DNA of 64,000 nucleotides. It comes from an uncultured bacterium (GTDB lineage Bacteria; Chlamydiota; Chlamydiia; Chlamydiales; JAAZZY01). The notes under the pieces were generated by a model that was not told where the DNA came from, did not search any database, and saw nothing but the letters and a program-made list of their open reading frames with translations. Shown one piece after another: positions 8,729 through 18,644 of this stretch. The stretch lies in the NCBI GenBank assembly GCA_964350945.1, contig CAYGLF010000008.1, forward strand, positions 1,702 through 65,701, read 5' to 3'. Made by a program: the position numbers and the translations under genes. Positions within the stretch are counted from its first letter, which is position 1. Each line of letters starts with the position of its first letter.

Positions 8729-10918
8729 ATGACAAGTGTCCAACTATTAAAAGAACAGAGTAAATACCTTAAGTCAATTTTAGACGCGTTAAAAAATGAA
8801 AACAGTCTCAGCAACAAGAGATTTTTTCTAGAGCAGCAGGAAGCTACCCAGATTTTTTTACAAAAACCTAGTTTTATTACAGACTATTACTCGCAATCCA
8901 CTGAACAAGAAAAATTTGTTCTCGCATCCATTGCAACCATAGGACAAGCCCTGACACTTTTCCAGGTTCCAGAGCACCTTAGCGACACAAAAAAAAGATT
9001 CCAAAAATTAATTGAACAGTTAATAAGCTTCGAAAATTTTTACCAAGAAATTGGAGGCATCTTGGGCTATCACCTCAAAGTCATTGACCTGCTGTGTGAA
9101 AAAGAAGAGCATAAAGCCAGTCCTAAAACCAAAAAAATTAGCCAAGCCCCGGGGATTTCCCTCCATGAAAACCTTGAAATTGCTGAAAAAGCCGCTATCG
9201 ACGGCATCAAATCCTTACCCTTGATGGGTGAAATGTATCCTATTGGTGGCGCAGGAGATCGGTTGAATTTAACCGATGAAAAAACAGGAATCGCCCTACC
9301 AACAGCAAAGTTAAACTTCTTGGGAGAGTCTCTTTTATCCCACATGATTCAAGATTTGCAGGCTAGAGAATATGTTCATTACAAAATTTATGGATCTCAG
9401 CTGGTCACTCCGATTGCCATGATGACTTCAGCAGCCAAAAATAATCACCAGTTTGTCCAACAAATTTGCTCTGAAAAAAAATGGTACCACCGCCCAGAGA
9501 CCAGCTATTTTCTGTTTGAGCAGCCCCTAGCCCCGGTCTTAACGACTGAAGGACAATGGGCTTTACTTGATAAGCTACAGCTTTTTTTAAAGCCCTCCGG
9601 TCATGGTGTGATCTGGAAACTTGCAAGAGACCTTAAAGTTTTTGACTGGTTCAGGAAGCAGGGAAGGGAAAAAGGACTTATCAGGCAGATGAATAACCCT
9701 ATGGCTGGAGTTGACTTAGGCATTTTAGCCCTGATTGGACTTGGGTGCAAAACACACAAGTCTTTTGGGTTTGCCTCATGCCAGCGATTGGTACAAGCGG
9801 CAGAAGGGGTTAACGTTTTAGTAGAAGAAAACACTGAAAATAGCACCGAGTATGCCATTTCAAATATCGAATATACCGAGTTTGATAAATACCATTTAGA
9901 GGACAGACCCAGCCAACCTTCTAGCCGCTACTCACTTTTTCCCGCCAACACCAATATTTTGTTTATTGACTTCTTGGCTGTTGAAAATGCTCTTGAAAAG
10001 TGCCCCATTCCTGGAATGCTGATTAATATGAAGACAGAAGTCCCTATTATAGACGAGTCTGGAAACAAACATTTAGTTAAAGGGGGGCGATTAGAATCTA
10101 CTATGCAAAATATCGCCGACTTAATGACTCAACATCTAGACTCCCCTAAACAAGATATTGGCCCTTTAGAGCTTAGTACCTTCTTAACATACAATCGCCG
10201 CAGAAAAACCATTTCAGTTGCAAAAAAATCGTATCGCCCAGGGCAGCCTATTCAAGAAACTCCAGAAGGGTGCTACTATACCTTACTCCAAAATAACTTT
10301 GATCTATTTTCAAATTACTGCAATTTTTCACTTCCTCCAATTCCCCCTGAAGAGGATTTTATAAAAGCGGGGCCGAATGCACACCTTATCTTCCATCCCT
10401 CCTTAGGGCCCCTTTACTCAATCATTGCCCAAAAAGTTCAAAATGGCCGCCTCCATCACCGAGCAGAGATGGTCTTGAAAATTGCAGAGCTTGAAATCAA
10501 ACAAATTGAGGTTGCTGGCAGTTTGATCATTGAAGCAAAGTGTCCGATGGGGCATTTGAATGAGAAGGACCTCCTTCAATACTCGAATCGCTCAGGAAAA
10601 TGTACCTTAATTAATGTAAACGTTCACAACAAAGGTATTGATTACTCTAAAGAGCCCCATTTCTCAAAAGGTCATATTGAACATCTTGAGTCTCTTTCAA
10701 TCTATCTTGAAGAAAATGCTGAATTTTTTGCTCAAGATGTCACATTTTCTGGAGATTTCAAAATCCACGTTCCTCAAAACACCCGAGTTATTGCCCACAT
10801 GCAGGATGGAGAAGTGATTTTTGATAAAGAAGTGATAGCATCCCCTACATGGCATTGGAAATATGAAATTATCAAAGACTCTAAAATCCGCCTAATCCGA
10901 GATAATGCTCGCAATTAA
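8729..10918 (+). CDS. UTP-glucose-1-phosphate uridylyltransferase, long plastid-UGP3-like form
   Basis: UDPGP-family motifs GGAGDRL, KPSGHG, NIEY, FPANTN and GGRLESTMQN. ATG at 8729 preferred over TTG at 8609. Confidence 0.75.
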   Translation: MTSVQLLKEQSKYLKSILDALKNENSLSNKRFFLEQQEATQIFLQKPSFITDYYSQSTEQEKFVLASIATIGQALTLFQVPEHLSDTKKRFQKLIEQLISFENFYQEIGGILGYHLKVIDLLCEKEEHKASPKTKKISQAPGISLHENLEIAEKAAIDGIKSLPLMGEMYPIGGAGDRLNLTDEKTGIALPTAKLNFLGESLLSHMIQDLQAREYVHYKIYGSQLVTPIAMMTSAAKNNHQFVQQICSEKKWYHRPETSYFLFEQPLAPVLTTEGQWALLDKLQLFLKPSGHGVIWKLARDLKVFDWFRKQGREKGLIRQMNNPMAGVDLGILALIGLGCKTHKSFGFASCQRLVQAAEGVNVLVEENTENSTEYAISNIEYTEFDKYHLEDRPSQPSSRYSLFPANTNILFIDFLAVENALEKCPIPGMLINMKTEVPIIDESGNKHLVKGGRLESTMQNIADLMTQHLDSPKQDIGPLELSTFLTYNRRRKTISVAKKSYRPGQPIQETPEGCYYTLLQNNFDLFSNYCNFSLPPIPPEEDFIKAGPNAHLIFHPSLGPLYSIIAQKVQNGRLHHRAEMVLKIAELEIKQIEVAGSLIIEAKCPMGHLNEKDLLQYSNRSGKCTLINVNVHNKGIDYSKEPHFSKGHIEHLESLSIYLEENAEFFAQDVTFSGDFKIHVPQNTRVIAHMQDGEVIFDKEVIASPTWHWKYEIIKDSKIRLIRDNARN

Positions 10919-10973
10919 ACGTATTGCTTTTCTATAATTTTCTTTTTTACAAGTATTGTTTAAGTCCAAGCTC

Positions 10974-11855
10974 ATGAAGCGTTTTCTTGTCTGTCTGATT
11001 GTCTTTTTTATTGCTTACCCTCTTCAGTCCGAAGCAACCCCTCTCCACTATGTAACCAAAGGTGCTGGCTCCCCGTTAATTTTTATTCATGGAGGACCGG
11101 GTAACAATCATCAATACTTTCTCCTTAGTATGGAAACACTAGCTTCTGACCACCAATTGATTTTCTATGATCAAAGAGGATCTGGAAAATCAATGACACC
11201 GCTGAACTTAGAAGATCTTAATATCGAGCAGTTTGTTGAAGACCTAGAAGATTTACGAGCCTCACTTAATTTAGATCAATTTACAGCTGTTGGCCATTCA
11301 TGGGGAGCTTTGGTCGCCCTTGAGTATGCAATTAGCTACCCCGAGCATCTATCTTCTATGATTTTGCTCAACCCTCTTCCCGCCTCTACACAAGATATGA
11401 GCGCTTTTGCAGAAGAGGTTGAGACGCGTTTAAAAAACCCCAACAATCAATTTTTTGCCCTTCAACAATCCCCTTTGCTATTAGAAGGAGACCTCCCTAC
11501 ATTGCAAAATTACTCTAAAGAGCTTTACAAAGAATTTTTTTTCAACCCCGATCAGATCTCAAAGCTAAATTTAGCCATAGAACCTCAGAGCGCTTTACAA
11601 GGTATGGTCATTTATCACTTTTTTGAAGAAACGCTTTTTAAAAGTGGGTTTGATTTTAAGTGGAAGCTTCATCAGGTACAAGCGCCGACGCTTATCATTC
11701 ATGGAGACGCAGATCCCATCCCTTTGTGGACTGTCCAAGAAATAAGCCAAAAAATTCCTCAAGCAAAGCTTAAGGTTTTGGAAGACTGTGGCCATTTCCC
11801 ACATATCGAAAAACCGCAACAACTTTTTAAAGAGATCCGAAATTTTTTAGATTAA
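10974..11855 (+). CDS. Secreted alpha/beta hydrolase (proline iminopeptidase-like)
   Basis: Signal peptide, HGGPG, YDQRGSG, GHSWG nucleophile elbow and GHFPH. Alternative TTG start at 10956. Confidence 0.85.
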   Translation: MKRFLVCLIVFFIAYPLQSEATPLHYVTKGAGSPLIFIHGGPGNNHQYFLLSMETLASDHQLIFYDQRGSGKSMTPLNLEDLNIEQFVEDLEDLRASLNLDQFTAVGHSWGALVALEYAISYPEHLSSMILLNPLPASTQDMSAFAEEVETRLKNPNNQFFALQQSPLLLEGDLPTLQNYSKELYKEFFFNPDQISKLNLAIEPQSALQGMVIYHFFEETLFKSGFDFKWKLHQVQAPTLIIHGDADPIPLWTVQEISQKIPQAKLKVLEDCGHFPHIEKPQQLFKEIRNFLD

Positions 11856-11960
11856 ATGGTCTCTCTAAATACTCTATCGATGAAAAAATAATTTTACTTA
11901 AAGCTTTTGAAATCATATCCTCTTTGCAAACTTATTAAACAGAAAACCATGGAGTTTTAA

Positions 11961-12566
11961 ATGAAGAAAAATAGTTTTGCCTTATGCCTTCTTATTGCAT
12001 TGGCTAGTTTCTCAAATGTTTTTGCCGGTCAACGAAATGAAAAAATGTATAAAGGTGAGCAGAGCCATAGCAATGGTTTTGCAATTTCCGCAGTTGCTGG
12101 AGATGCACCTTTAGCAGTTATAGGTTATTACTTTGGAGAGAACAACTGCGCTGGTGTCTTTGCTGGAGTCACCCCTTACGCCTCTCAAAATAACGTAGCG
12201 GGAATACAAAATAACTCCAACTGGACAACTTCATTTTTTGTATCTCCTGCCTACTTTCTTCCTCTGGCAAGAGAAAAATTAAGCAACAAACTTTTTCTAA
12301 GAAACGACTTTGCTTATAGTATGCTTTTTGGACAAAACCCTACCGATAACACCAAGATCAAATCCTCCTGGAACGTTGCATGGCTTATGGGTTTTGAATA
12401 TCGTTTTAATCCTAATATCTACCTCTCTATATTTGGTACGATGCTAGGATATGGGGAATCTAAATACGCGAATCCAACATCCCCCTTTCCTGAGATTACC
12501 AAATCTACACAGTGGAATTGGAATATCTTAAATGGGGCATGCATTTCTTTGACTTACAAAATATAA
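11961..12566 (+). CDS. Secreted protein, candidate small outer-membrane beta-barrel
   Basis: Signal peptide ending VFA, amphipathic aromatic-rich strands and C-terminal ISLTYKI. GGAG RBS present. Confidence 0.55.
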   Translation: MKKNSFALCLLIALASFSNVFAGQRNEKMYKGEQSHSNGFAISAVAGDAPLAVIGYYFGENNCAGVFAGVTPYASQNNVAGIQNNSNWTTSFFVSPAYFLPLAREKLSNKLFLRNDFAYSMLFGQNPTDNTKIKSSWNVAWLMGFEYRFNPNIYLSIFGTMLGYGESKYANPTSPFPEITKSTQWNWNILNGACISLTYKI

Positions 12567-12586
12567 TTTCTTGTAAGTTTTGATTT

Positions 12587-12610
12587 AAAGGGCCCACATG
12601 GGCCCTTTTT
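12587..12610. terminator. Intrinsic terminator, probably bidirectional
   Basis: AAAGGGCCCA-CA-TGGGCCCTTT followed by TT. Confidence 0.75.
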
Positions 12611-12714
12611 AGTCCCTATATTTTGAATTGCATTCAAAAAGAAACTACCACGCAGTAAACTCTACGACCTTCATCTGATACGTTACTCATTTTAATATTA
12701 GCTCCTCCCTTGCG

Positions 12715-12743
12715 TTGACTTTTTACCATTTTTCAGCTACATT
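12715..12743 (+). promoter_or_regulatory. Putative sigma66/70 promoter of prfB
   Basis: TTGACT-17 nt-TACATT. Confidence 0.5.
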
Positions 12744-12770
12744 CTCCCCTTTAAACATAAGGAAACCCCT

Positions 12771-13869
12771 GTGAACGAAGACATCCAAAACCGCTTAGAA
12801 TCCATCCACACTCGTCTCCAACACATGTCGGGGTATCTTTGACCTCGCTAGCAAAGAAAAAAAGGTTCAAGAGCTCGAAAAAGAAATGAGCGAGCCCTCT
12901 TTTTGGGACGACCAAAGCGAAGCTCAGAAAACAATTCAATCATGCAATGCTCTTAAAGCCTGGACCGAACCCTACCGAGATTTAAGCAATCGCTACCAAA
13001 CAACTGCCGAGATGTTTCCAGATGCCTACGAGATGCAGGACCAAGAGCTGATTCAAGATTTGATAGAAGAACTTAAAAAAATGGAACATTCGCTCGAGGA
13101 ACTTGAAACACGTAAAATGCTTTCGGGAGAGCTCGATAATAAAAACTGTTTTTTAAGCATTAATGCAGGAGCTGGAGGCACCGAATCGTGTGATTGGGCA
13201 GAAATGCTCCTTCGAATGTATCAAAAGTGGTCTTTAAAAAAAGGCTGGAAGAGCGAGTTGATTGACTCTTTAAATGGTGATGTCGCAGGGATTAAAAGCG
13301 CGACTATAAAAATTATGGGACCTTTTGCCTACGGCCATGCTAAAGCTGAAAAAGGAGTCCACCGGCTGGTTCGAATCTCCCCTTTTGACAGTAACGCCAA
13401 AAGGCACACCAGCTTTGCCTCTGTAGACATTACCCCTGAGATTGAAGATGATATTGATATTGATATCAAACCTGAAGAAATCCGCATTGATACCTACCGC
13501 GCCTCTGGAGCGGGCGGCCAGCATGTGAATAAGACGGATTCAGCAGTGCGTATTACCCACCTGCCAACCAACACGGTAGTCTCTTGCCAAAATCAACGGA
13601 GCCAATTGCAAAACAAAGAGACATGTTTTAAAATATTGCGCTCAAAACTCTACGAAAAAGAGGTGCAAGAGCGCGAGCAAAAGCTACAAAAGATTGGCGG
13701 AGAGAAAAAAGATATAGGCTGGGGCAGCCAAATCCGCAATTATGTTTTCCACCCCTACTCTTTGGTTAAAGATACGCGTACTGGCCACCAAGAAGGAAAT
13801 GTCCAAGCTGTTATGGACGGTGAAATTGACCCTTTTATTATTAAATACCTCAAAGAATATGGATCATGA
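12771..13869 (+). CDS. prfB: Peptide chain release factor 2 with programmed +1 frameshift
   Basis: GTG at 12771 (AAGGA RBS) gives 23 codons ending GGG TAT CTT TGA C at 12831-12843. The +1 frame continues into the ORF carrying SPF and GGQ motifs. Confidence 0.96.
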
Positions 13870-14372
13870 CCAAAAAAGTAAAAGATTTAGAAATTCGATT
13901 TTCAGATACAAGCATTGAAGAGCATCTACGAGAATGGTTTAATGAACCTGGCGTTTTACGCTGGTACCCCTGCCAAGAAAAAAAAGAAGTCGAAGATACA
14001 GTCAAAATGTTGACAAGCTTCACGCGATGGAGGTGTGCTCTTACAGCCTTTGTTAAGGATAAGCCCGTGGGTTTTGCAGTTCTCTTTTTGCATGCTTATA
14101 AAAAAATTGCCCATCAGTGCCTGTTTGGGATGTTAGTGGATTCCGACTACCGCAATCAGGGCATCGGAACACAACTTGTAATGCACATCTTAGAGCTTGG
14201 TAAAAAGAACTTTAACCTCGAGGTGATGTATTTAGAGGTTTTTGAAGGCAACCCCGCTATCAATCTCTATCGTCGCCTTGGATTTAGGGAGGTCGGTTAT
14301 CATAAATATTGGCTCAAGGAAGATGACGGATCTTATAGAAGTAAAATTGTAATGGAAAAGGTTTTAAATTAG
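13866..14372 (+). CDS. GNAT family acetyltransferase
   Basis: Motifs YRNQGIGT and NPAINLYRRLGF. ATGA overlap with prfB. Confidence 0.9.
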   Translation: MTKKVKDLEIRFSDTSIEEHLREWFNEPGVLRWYPCQEKKEVEDTVKMLTSFTRWRCALTAFVKDKPVGFAVLFLHAYKKIAHQCLFGMLVDSDYRNQGIGTQLVMHILELGKKNFNLEVMYLEVFEGNPAINLYRRLGFREVGYHKYWLKEDDGSYRSKIVMEKVLN

Positions 14373-15047
14373 ATGACGCTCATGGCCTTGCAAGCGGCCT
14401 TAAGTTCGCTTACGAAAAAAAAAGTGCTCTTAACTGTAAATAAAAATCGCTCCACGATGATCCGTGTCTTAGCAAAAAAGTTCAGATCAATACACCTTTC
14501 AATTCACCAGATGTTCTTAGAGTCTACAGAAGTTGAGATTAAGGCTTTAGCCAAACTGATTACCCAAAAAAAAGATTCAACAACCACTGCCATTTTACAT
14601 GACTTTATCGATAAAAAGTCCCCCCACTACCTTACTTTAAACCCTCCTAATAAGCAAAATTTTCAAACTCAGGGAGATGAACACCACTTAAAAGAGTTGT
14701 ATGACAAAGTAAATGACACTTATTTTCAAGGATCACTCAACCTTTCTATTACCTGGTTTGGAAAAAAAGACCATTCTCCTAAGCGCCAGATAACCTTTGG
14801 CCTCTACCACGATTCTATGCAATTGATTAAAATACACCGGCTTTTAGACTGGACACATGTTCCTAGCTTGTTTGTTGAATATGTTATTTTTCATGAGATG
14901 CTCCATAAGTTACATCGCCCACAAATCACAGCCAGCGGCAGACGCTCGATTCATACCCGAGAGTTTAAAGCTCATGAAAAAAAATTTCTTTTCTATAAAC
15001 AAGCCAAACTTTTTGAAAAAAAAATTAAACAGCAGATTTTTAAATAA
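14373..15047 (+). CDS. SprT-like zinc metalloprotein
   Basis: VN..YF, YVIFHEMLH (HExxH) and a downstream H..EF. Confidence 0.75.
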   Translation: MTLMALQAALSSLTKKKVLLTVNKNRSTMIRVLAKKFRSIHLSIHQMFLESTEVEIKALAKLITQKKDSTTTAILHDFIDKKSPHYLTLNPPNKQNFQTQGDEHHLKELYDKVNDTYFQGSLNLSITWFGKKDHSPKRQITFGLYHDSMQLIKIHRLLDWTHVPSLFVEYVIFHEMLHKLHRPQITASGRRSIHTREFKAHEKKFLFYKQAKLFEKKIKQQIFK

Positions 15048-15059
15048 GGGAAATACGTT

Positions 15060-15776
15060 ATGGCAGGACATAGTAAATGGGCTAATATTAAACACCGTAA
15101 AGACCGCGCTGATAAAGCGAAGGGGAAAATCTTCTCTAGAATTGCTAAAGAGATTATCAGTGCTGTTAAGTTAGGAGGAGTAGATGCCAAAAGTAATACT
15201 CGACTTAGGCTCGCTTTACAAAAAGCAAAAGCGGCAAATATGCCCAATGATAATATTGAACGTAATATCAAAAAGGCTTCTTCTAAGGACCAATCAAATT
15301 ACGATGACTTAACCTATGAGCTCTACGCTCATGGGGGCGTTGGGTTGGTCGTGGAGGGAATGACCGACAATCGCAATCGCTTTGCTTCTGAGGTGCGCAT
15401 TGCCACCAATAAAAAAGGTGGTAATGTGGCAAACCCGGGCTCCGTGACTTTTAATTACGACAAAAAGGGGGTCTTGCAAATAGAGAAAAATGACATTGAT
15501 TCCGATGAAATTTTTACTGCTGCAATTGATGCGGGCGCCCAAGACTTTGATCAAGAAGATGAGCTATATATCATTATCACGGCTCCCGAAGATCTTTTTT
15601 TAGTAAAAGAAAAACTAGAAGAGCTCTCTTATACCTGCTGTGAGGCTAATATCGTAATGATCCCAAAAGTTTTTGTGAAATGTTCTGCTGAAGACCAAGA
15701 AGCGAACTATGCGTTAATCAACTGGTTAGAAGATATCGAAGATATCGATATGGTCTATCACAATATGGAAACGTGA
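15060..15776 (+). CDS. yebC: YebC/PmpR (TACO1) family protein
   Basis: Motifs MAGHSKWANIKHRK, TDNRNR and VYHN. Confidence 0.96.
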   Translation: MAGHSKWANIKHRKDRADKAKGKIFSRIAKEIISAVKLGGVDAKSNTRLRLALQKAKAANMPNDNIERNIKKASSKDQSNYDDLTYELYAHGGVGLVVEGMTDNRNRFASEVRIATNKKGGNVANPGSVTFNYDKKGVLQIEKNDIDSDEIFTAAIDAGAQDFDQEDELYIIITAPEDLFLVKEKLEELSYTCCEANIVMIPKVFVKCSAEDQEANYALINWLEDIEDIDMVYHNMET

Positions 15777-17137
15777 TGATCCAGCATACCTTCGACTTTT
15801 CAATCCAACAATTTTGGAAACTAGCACACTTTTTTTCCTCGACCCCTAAAACTGTTTTATTATGGTCGGGAGATTCCACACAAGAGTCTCCCTCATCTCT
15901 TTTTTTATTTCCCTCCAGTGAAATCACCCTCCTGGCTAATGAACCTAACCCCTGGGATCTACTTAAAAAAAGCTTCCCTTCTCCAAATGATAACCCATAC
16001 CCTGAATGGGCAGGCTACTTAAGCTATGAGCTTTCAGCAACGAGTGATCTTGATGTCACTTTGCCTTCTTCCCCCTCTCCACTGCCTCTAGCCCAATTTT
16101 TTAAAGCCTCAGTAGTCTGCACTTATCAAAAGGGTAAACTTAATGTGCAGTGCCACACAAAAGAAGCTCGTCGATTACAAGGAAAAGCACTTTACTGGTT
16201 TTACCAATTTCAAAAGAGAGAGCTACTTGAATCTTTTTTATTTTCCCTGAAAGACTTTGAAAAACCTCCGCTTGTAGCGACAAACATAGAAGAAGAAGTT
16301 ACGGCAGATGATTACCTAGAAAAAATTAGCGTTGTTAAGGAATACATCCTACAAGGGGAATGCTACCAGATTAATCTTTCTCGAAAAACGGTGATTGAGA
16401 CTCCCTCTAAACCGTTCGATCTATTTTATGCTCTCGTCCATAAAAACCCGACTCCCTTTTCGGCTTACTTATTTCTTGAAAAGCAAGCAATCATTTCCGC
16501 CTCTCCAGAACGTTTTTTAAAATATAAAGAAGGGAGACTAACCACTTGCCCGATTAAAGGAACTGCCCCTCGAGGGAAAACACCTGATGAAGATCTATCT
16601 CTCCAAAAAGCGCTTCTTGCCTCTTTAAAAGAAGATGCTGAACTGACAATGATCTGCGATTTGATGCGCAATGACCTGGGAAAAATCAGTCAGATAGGAT
16701 CGGTATCGTGCCCAAACCGTAAAAAGCTACTTTCTTTTTCTAATGTCTACCACCTAGAATCTACAGTTTGTAGCACCCCTTACCCTCAGCACGCCATTGA
16801 TTTAATTCGGGCATGCTTCCCGGCAGGGTCAATCACAGGCTGCCCAAAATTGCGCGCCCAGGAGATCATTGAGAAGCTCGAAAAACGGCCACGCCACATC
16901 TACTGCGGCTCTATTGGTTACTTTACTGGAAACCATGAATTTGATTTCAATGTCGCTATTCGCACAGCTCTAATGAAAGATAATCTGCTAGAAGTCCAGC
17001 TAGGAGGTGCCATTACTCTAGATTCTGATCCCCTACAAGAATTTTTAGAGACGAGGCATAAAGGAAGCCCTTTTTTAGACTTGCTAACACCTAGTGCCCC
17101 ACCTGCACCCCTTTTAAACGCACCTCTTGTGCGCTGA
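15773..17137 (+). CDS. pabB: Aminodeoxychorismate synthase component I
   Basis: GECYQINLS, SASPERF, PIKGT (PabB-type lysine), DLMRNDLG and FPAGSITGCPK. Confidence 0.85.
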   Translation: MMIQHTFDFSIQQFWKLAHFFSSTPKTVLLWSGDSTQESPSSLFLFPSSEITLLANEPNPWDLLKKSFPSPNDNPYPEWAGYLSYELSATSDLDVTLPSSPSPLPLAQFFKASVVCTYQKGKLNVQCHTKEARRLQGKALYWFYQFQKRELLESFLFSLKDFEKPPLVATNIEEEVTADDYLEKISVVKEYILQGECYQINLSRKTVIETPSKPFDLFYALVHKNPTPFSAYLFLEKQAIISASPERFLKYKEGRLTTCPIKGTAPRGKTPDEDLSLQKALLASLKEDAELTMICDLMRNDLGKISQIGSVSCPNRKKLLSFSNVYHLESTVCSTPYPQHAIDLIRACFPAGSITGCPKLRAQEIIEKLEKRPRHIYCGSIGYFTGNHEFDFNVAIRTALMKDNLLEVQLGGAITLDSDPLQEFLETRHKGSPFLDLLTPSAPPAPLLNAPLVR

Positions 17138-18644
17138 CATTGACCAACTGCAGTAAAAAAAAGAGGAGAATTAAAACCATGGCACTCAGCAGCATCACTT
17201 CATTTGTTGCAATCATGTAAGCTTGCTGCTCAACAAGCTGATTGAGGTGCTCTAAGCTCAATGCTCCCTTGGGAGGCATTTTTTGCATAACAGCCCTTTT
17301 AAAAGAGGCCAACCGTTCACTATAGGGAGTTAATAACGACACCAGCCGCTCATGGTGCATGGTCGCTCGATTCGTCCACACCGTCGTATATAAAGAAGTC
17401 CCCACTCCGCTCATGAAAATCCTAAAAAACTGCAAGATCCCGGAAGCTCTTGCTATTTTTTCCACAGGCACCTGTGTTAAAGAAAGTGAGATAATCGGTG
17501 CAATGTAAGGGGCGAGGCCAAACCCTAAGTAAAAGCGCGACCAGGCAACCGTTTTGAAATCAACGAGCGTATTTAAGGTGCTAAAATAGTAAAAGGCAAT
17601 TGCCATCAGTATAAAGCTGATACCAACCAGTAATTTAAGGCGACCTGTCCCCATTAAACGGCCTACTAATGGCGCTGTCAAAAAGGGAATAATTCCCATA
17701 GTCGCTAGTGCAGCTCCTGCTTTAAATGGGGTATACCCCATAAAAGTTTCTAGCCACAGTGGAGTGATGACAATGGGAGAAAAAAATACCATGAACGAGA
17801 GGCCACAGATGAATGTTCCTAGAGCAAAAGATCTAATTTTTAGTAATCTAATATCTATTAAGGGATCTGGGTGATTCCATTCATAGATTATCAAGGCCAC
17901 AATGCATACAAATGAAAGAACCGCTAGCGTGCGAATGACCGGTGAATTTAACCAGTCTAATTGCTGCCCTTTATCTAGCAAAATTTGCAGTGAGGTAATG
18001 CCGATGACTAAAAAGAATAAACCCAAAACATCTAGTTTCTTTTCCGATGTGGGGAGTAGATATTTACTCATAAACACTTTTATAATGGACGCTGAAAAAA
18101 TGGCTACAGGTATATTGATATAAAAAATCCAGCGCCAACTAAAGCTTTGAGTGATCCACCCTCCTAAGATGGGGCCCGCAATAGGCCCGACCAGAGCAAC
18201 CATTGCCCACAGGGCAAGTGCCATCTGCTTTTTCCCTTTGGGGAAAATATCAACTAACAGCACTTGGCTGACAGGGATTAAAGGCCCAGCAACTGTCCCT
18301 TGGACAAAACGGCTGATGCAAATCATTGGAAAGGTCGTTGCAAATCCACAAAACCAAGAAGCAATTCCAAATAAAATACTAGAATATAGAATCAGCCTTA
18401 CAGGGCCTATTTTTTCACTAAGCCACCCTGAGATAGGCAGCACAATGGCGTTGCCGACCATATAAAGAGTGATCACCCAAGTACCCACATTATCACTCAC
18501 ACCTAAGCTGCCTGCAATGTGGGGAATTGAAACGTTGGCAATCGAAAAGTCCAAAACTTCCATGAAGGTGCAAAGTGCTAAAGCAACTGCAACTAATATA
18601 AAAGGGAGACCTTTAATTTCGTATTTCGTTTCCATCTCTTCCAA
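17091..18644 (-). CDS. emrB: DHA2 MFS efflux permease (EmrB-like)
   Basis: FMEVLDFSIANVSIPHIAG, GPILGGWIT..SWRWIFYINIP and LDKGQQLDW. Confidence 0.92.
   Translation of the reverse strand: MEEMETKYEIKGLPFILVAVALALCTFMEVLDFSIANVSIPHIAGSLGVSDNVGTWVITLYMVGNAIVLPISGWLSEKIGPVRLILYSSILFGIASWFCGFATTFPMICISRFVQGTVAGPLIPVSQVLLVDIFPKGKKQMALALWAMVALVGPIAGPILGGWITQSFSWRWIFYINIPVAIFSASIIKVFMSKYLLPTSEKKLDVLGLFFLVIGITSLQILLDKGQQLDWLNSPVIRTLAVLSFVCIVALIIYEWNHPDPLIDIRLLKIRSFALGTFICGLSFMVFFSPIVITPLWLETFMGYTPFKAGAALATMGIIPFLTAPLVGRLMGTGRLKLLVGISFILMAIAFYYFSTLNTLVDFKTVAWSRFYLGFGLAPYIAPIISLSLTQVPVEKIARASGILQFFRIFMSGVGTSLYTTVWTNRATMHHERLVSLLTPYSERLASFKRAVMQKMPPKGALSLEHLNQLVEQQAYMIATNEVMLLSAMVLILLFFLLQLVNVSAQEVRLKGVQVGH

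Noticed and set aside
12751-12939. 62-aa ORF antisense to the prfB start
   Set aside because: The region is explained by the frameshifted prfB N-terminus.
13866-15047. GNAT plus SprT as a toxin-antitoxin pair
   Set aside because: No antitoxin-like DNA-binding protein is present, and the GNAT lies in the conserved prfB-yebC context.
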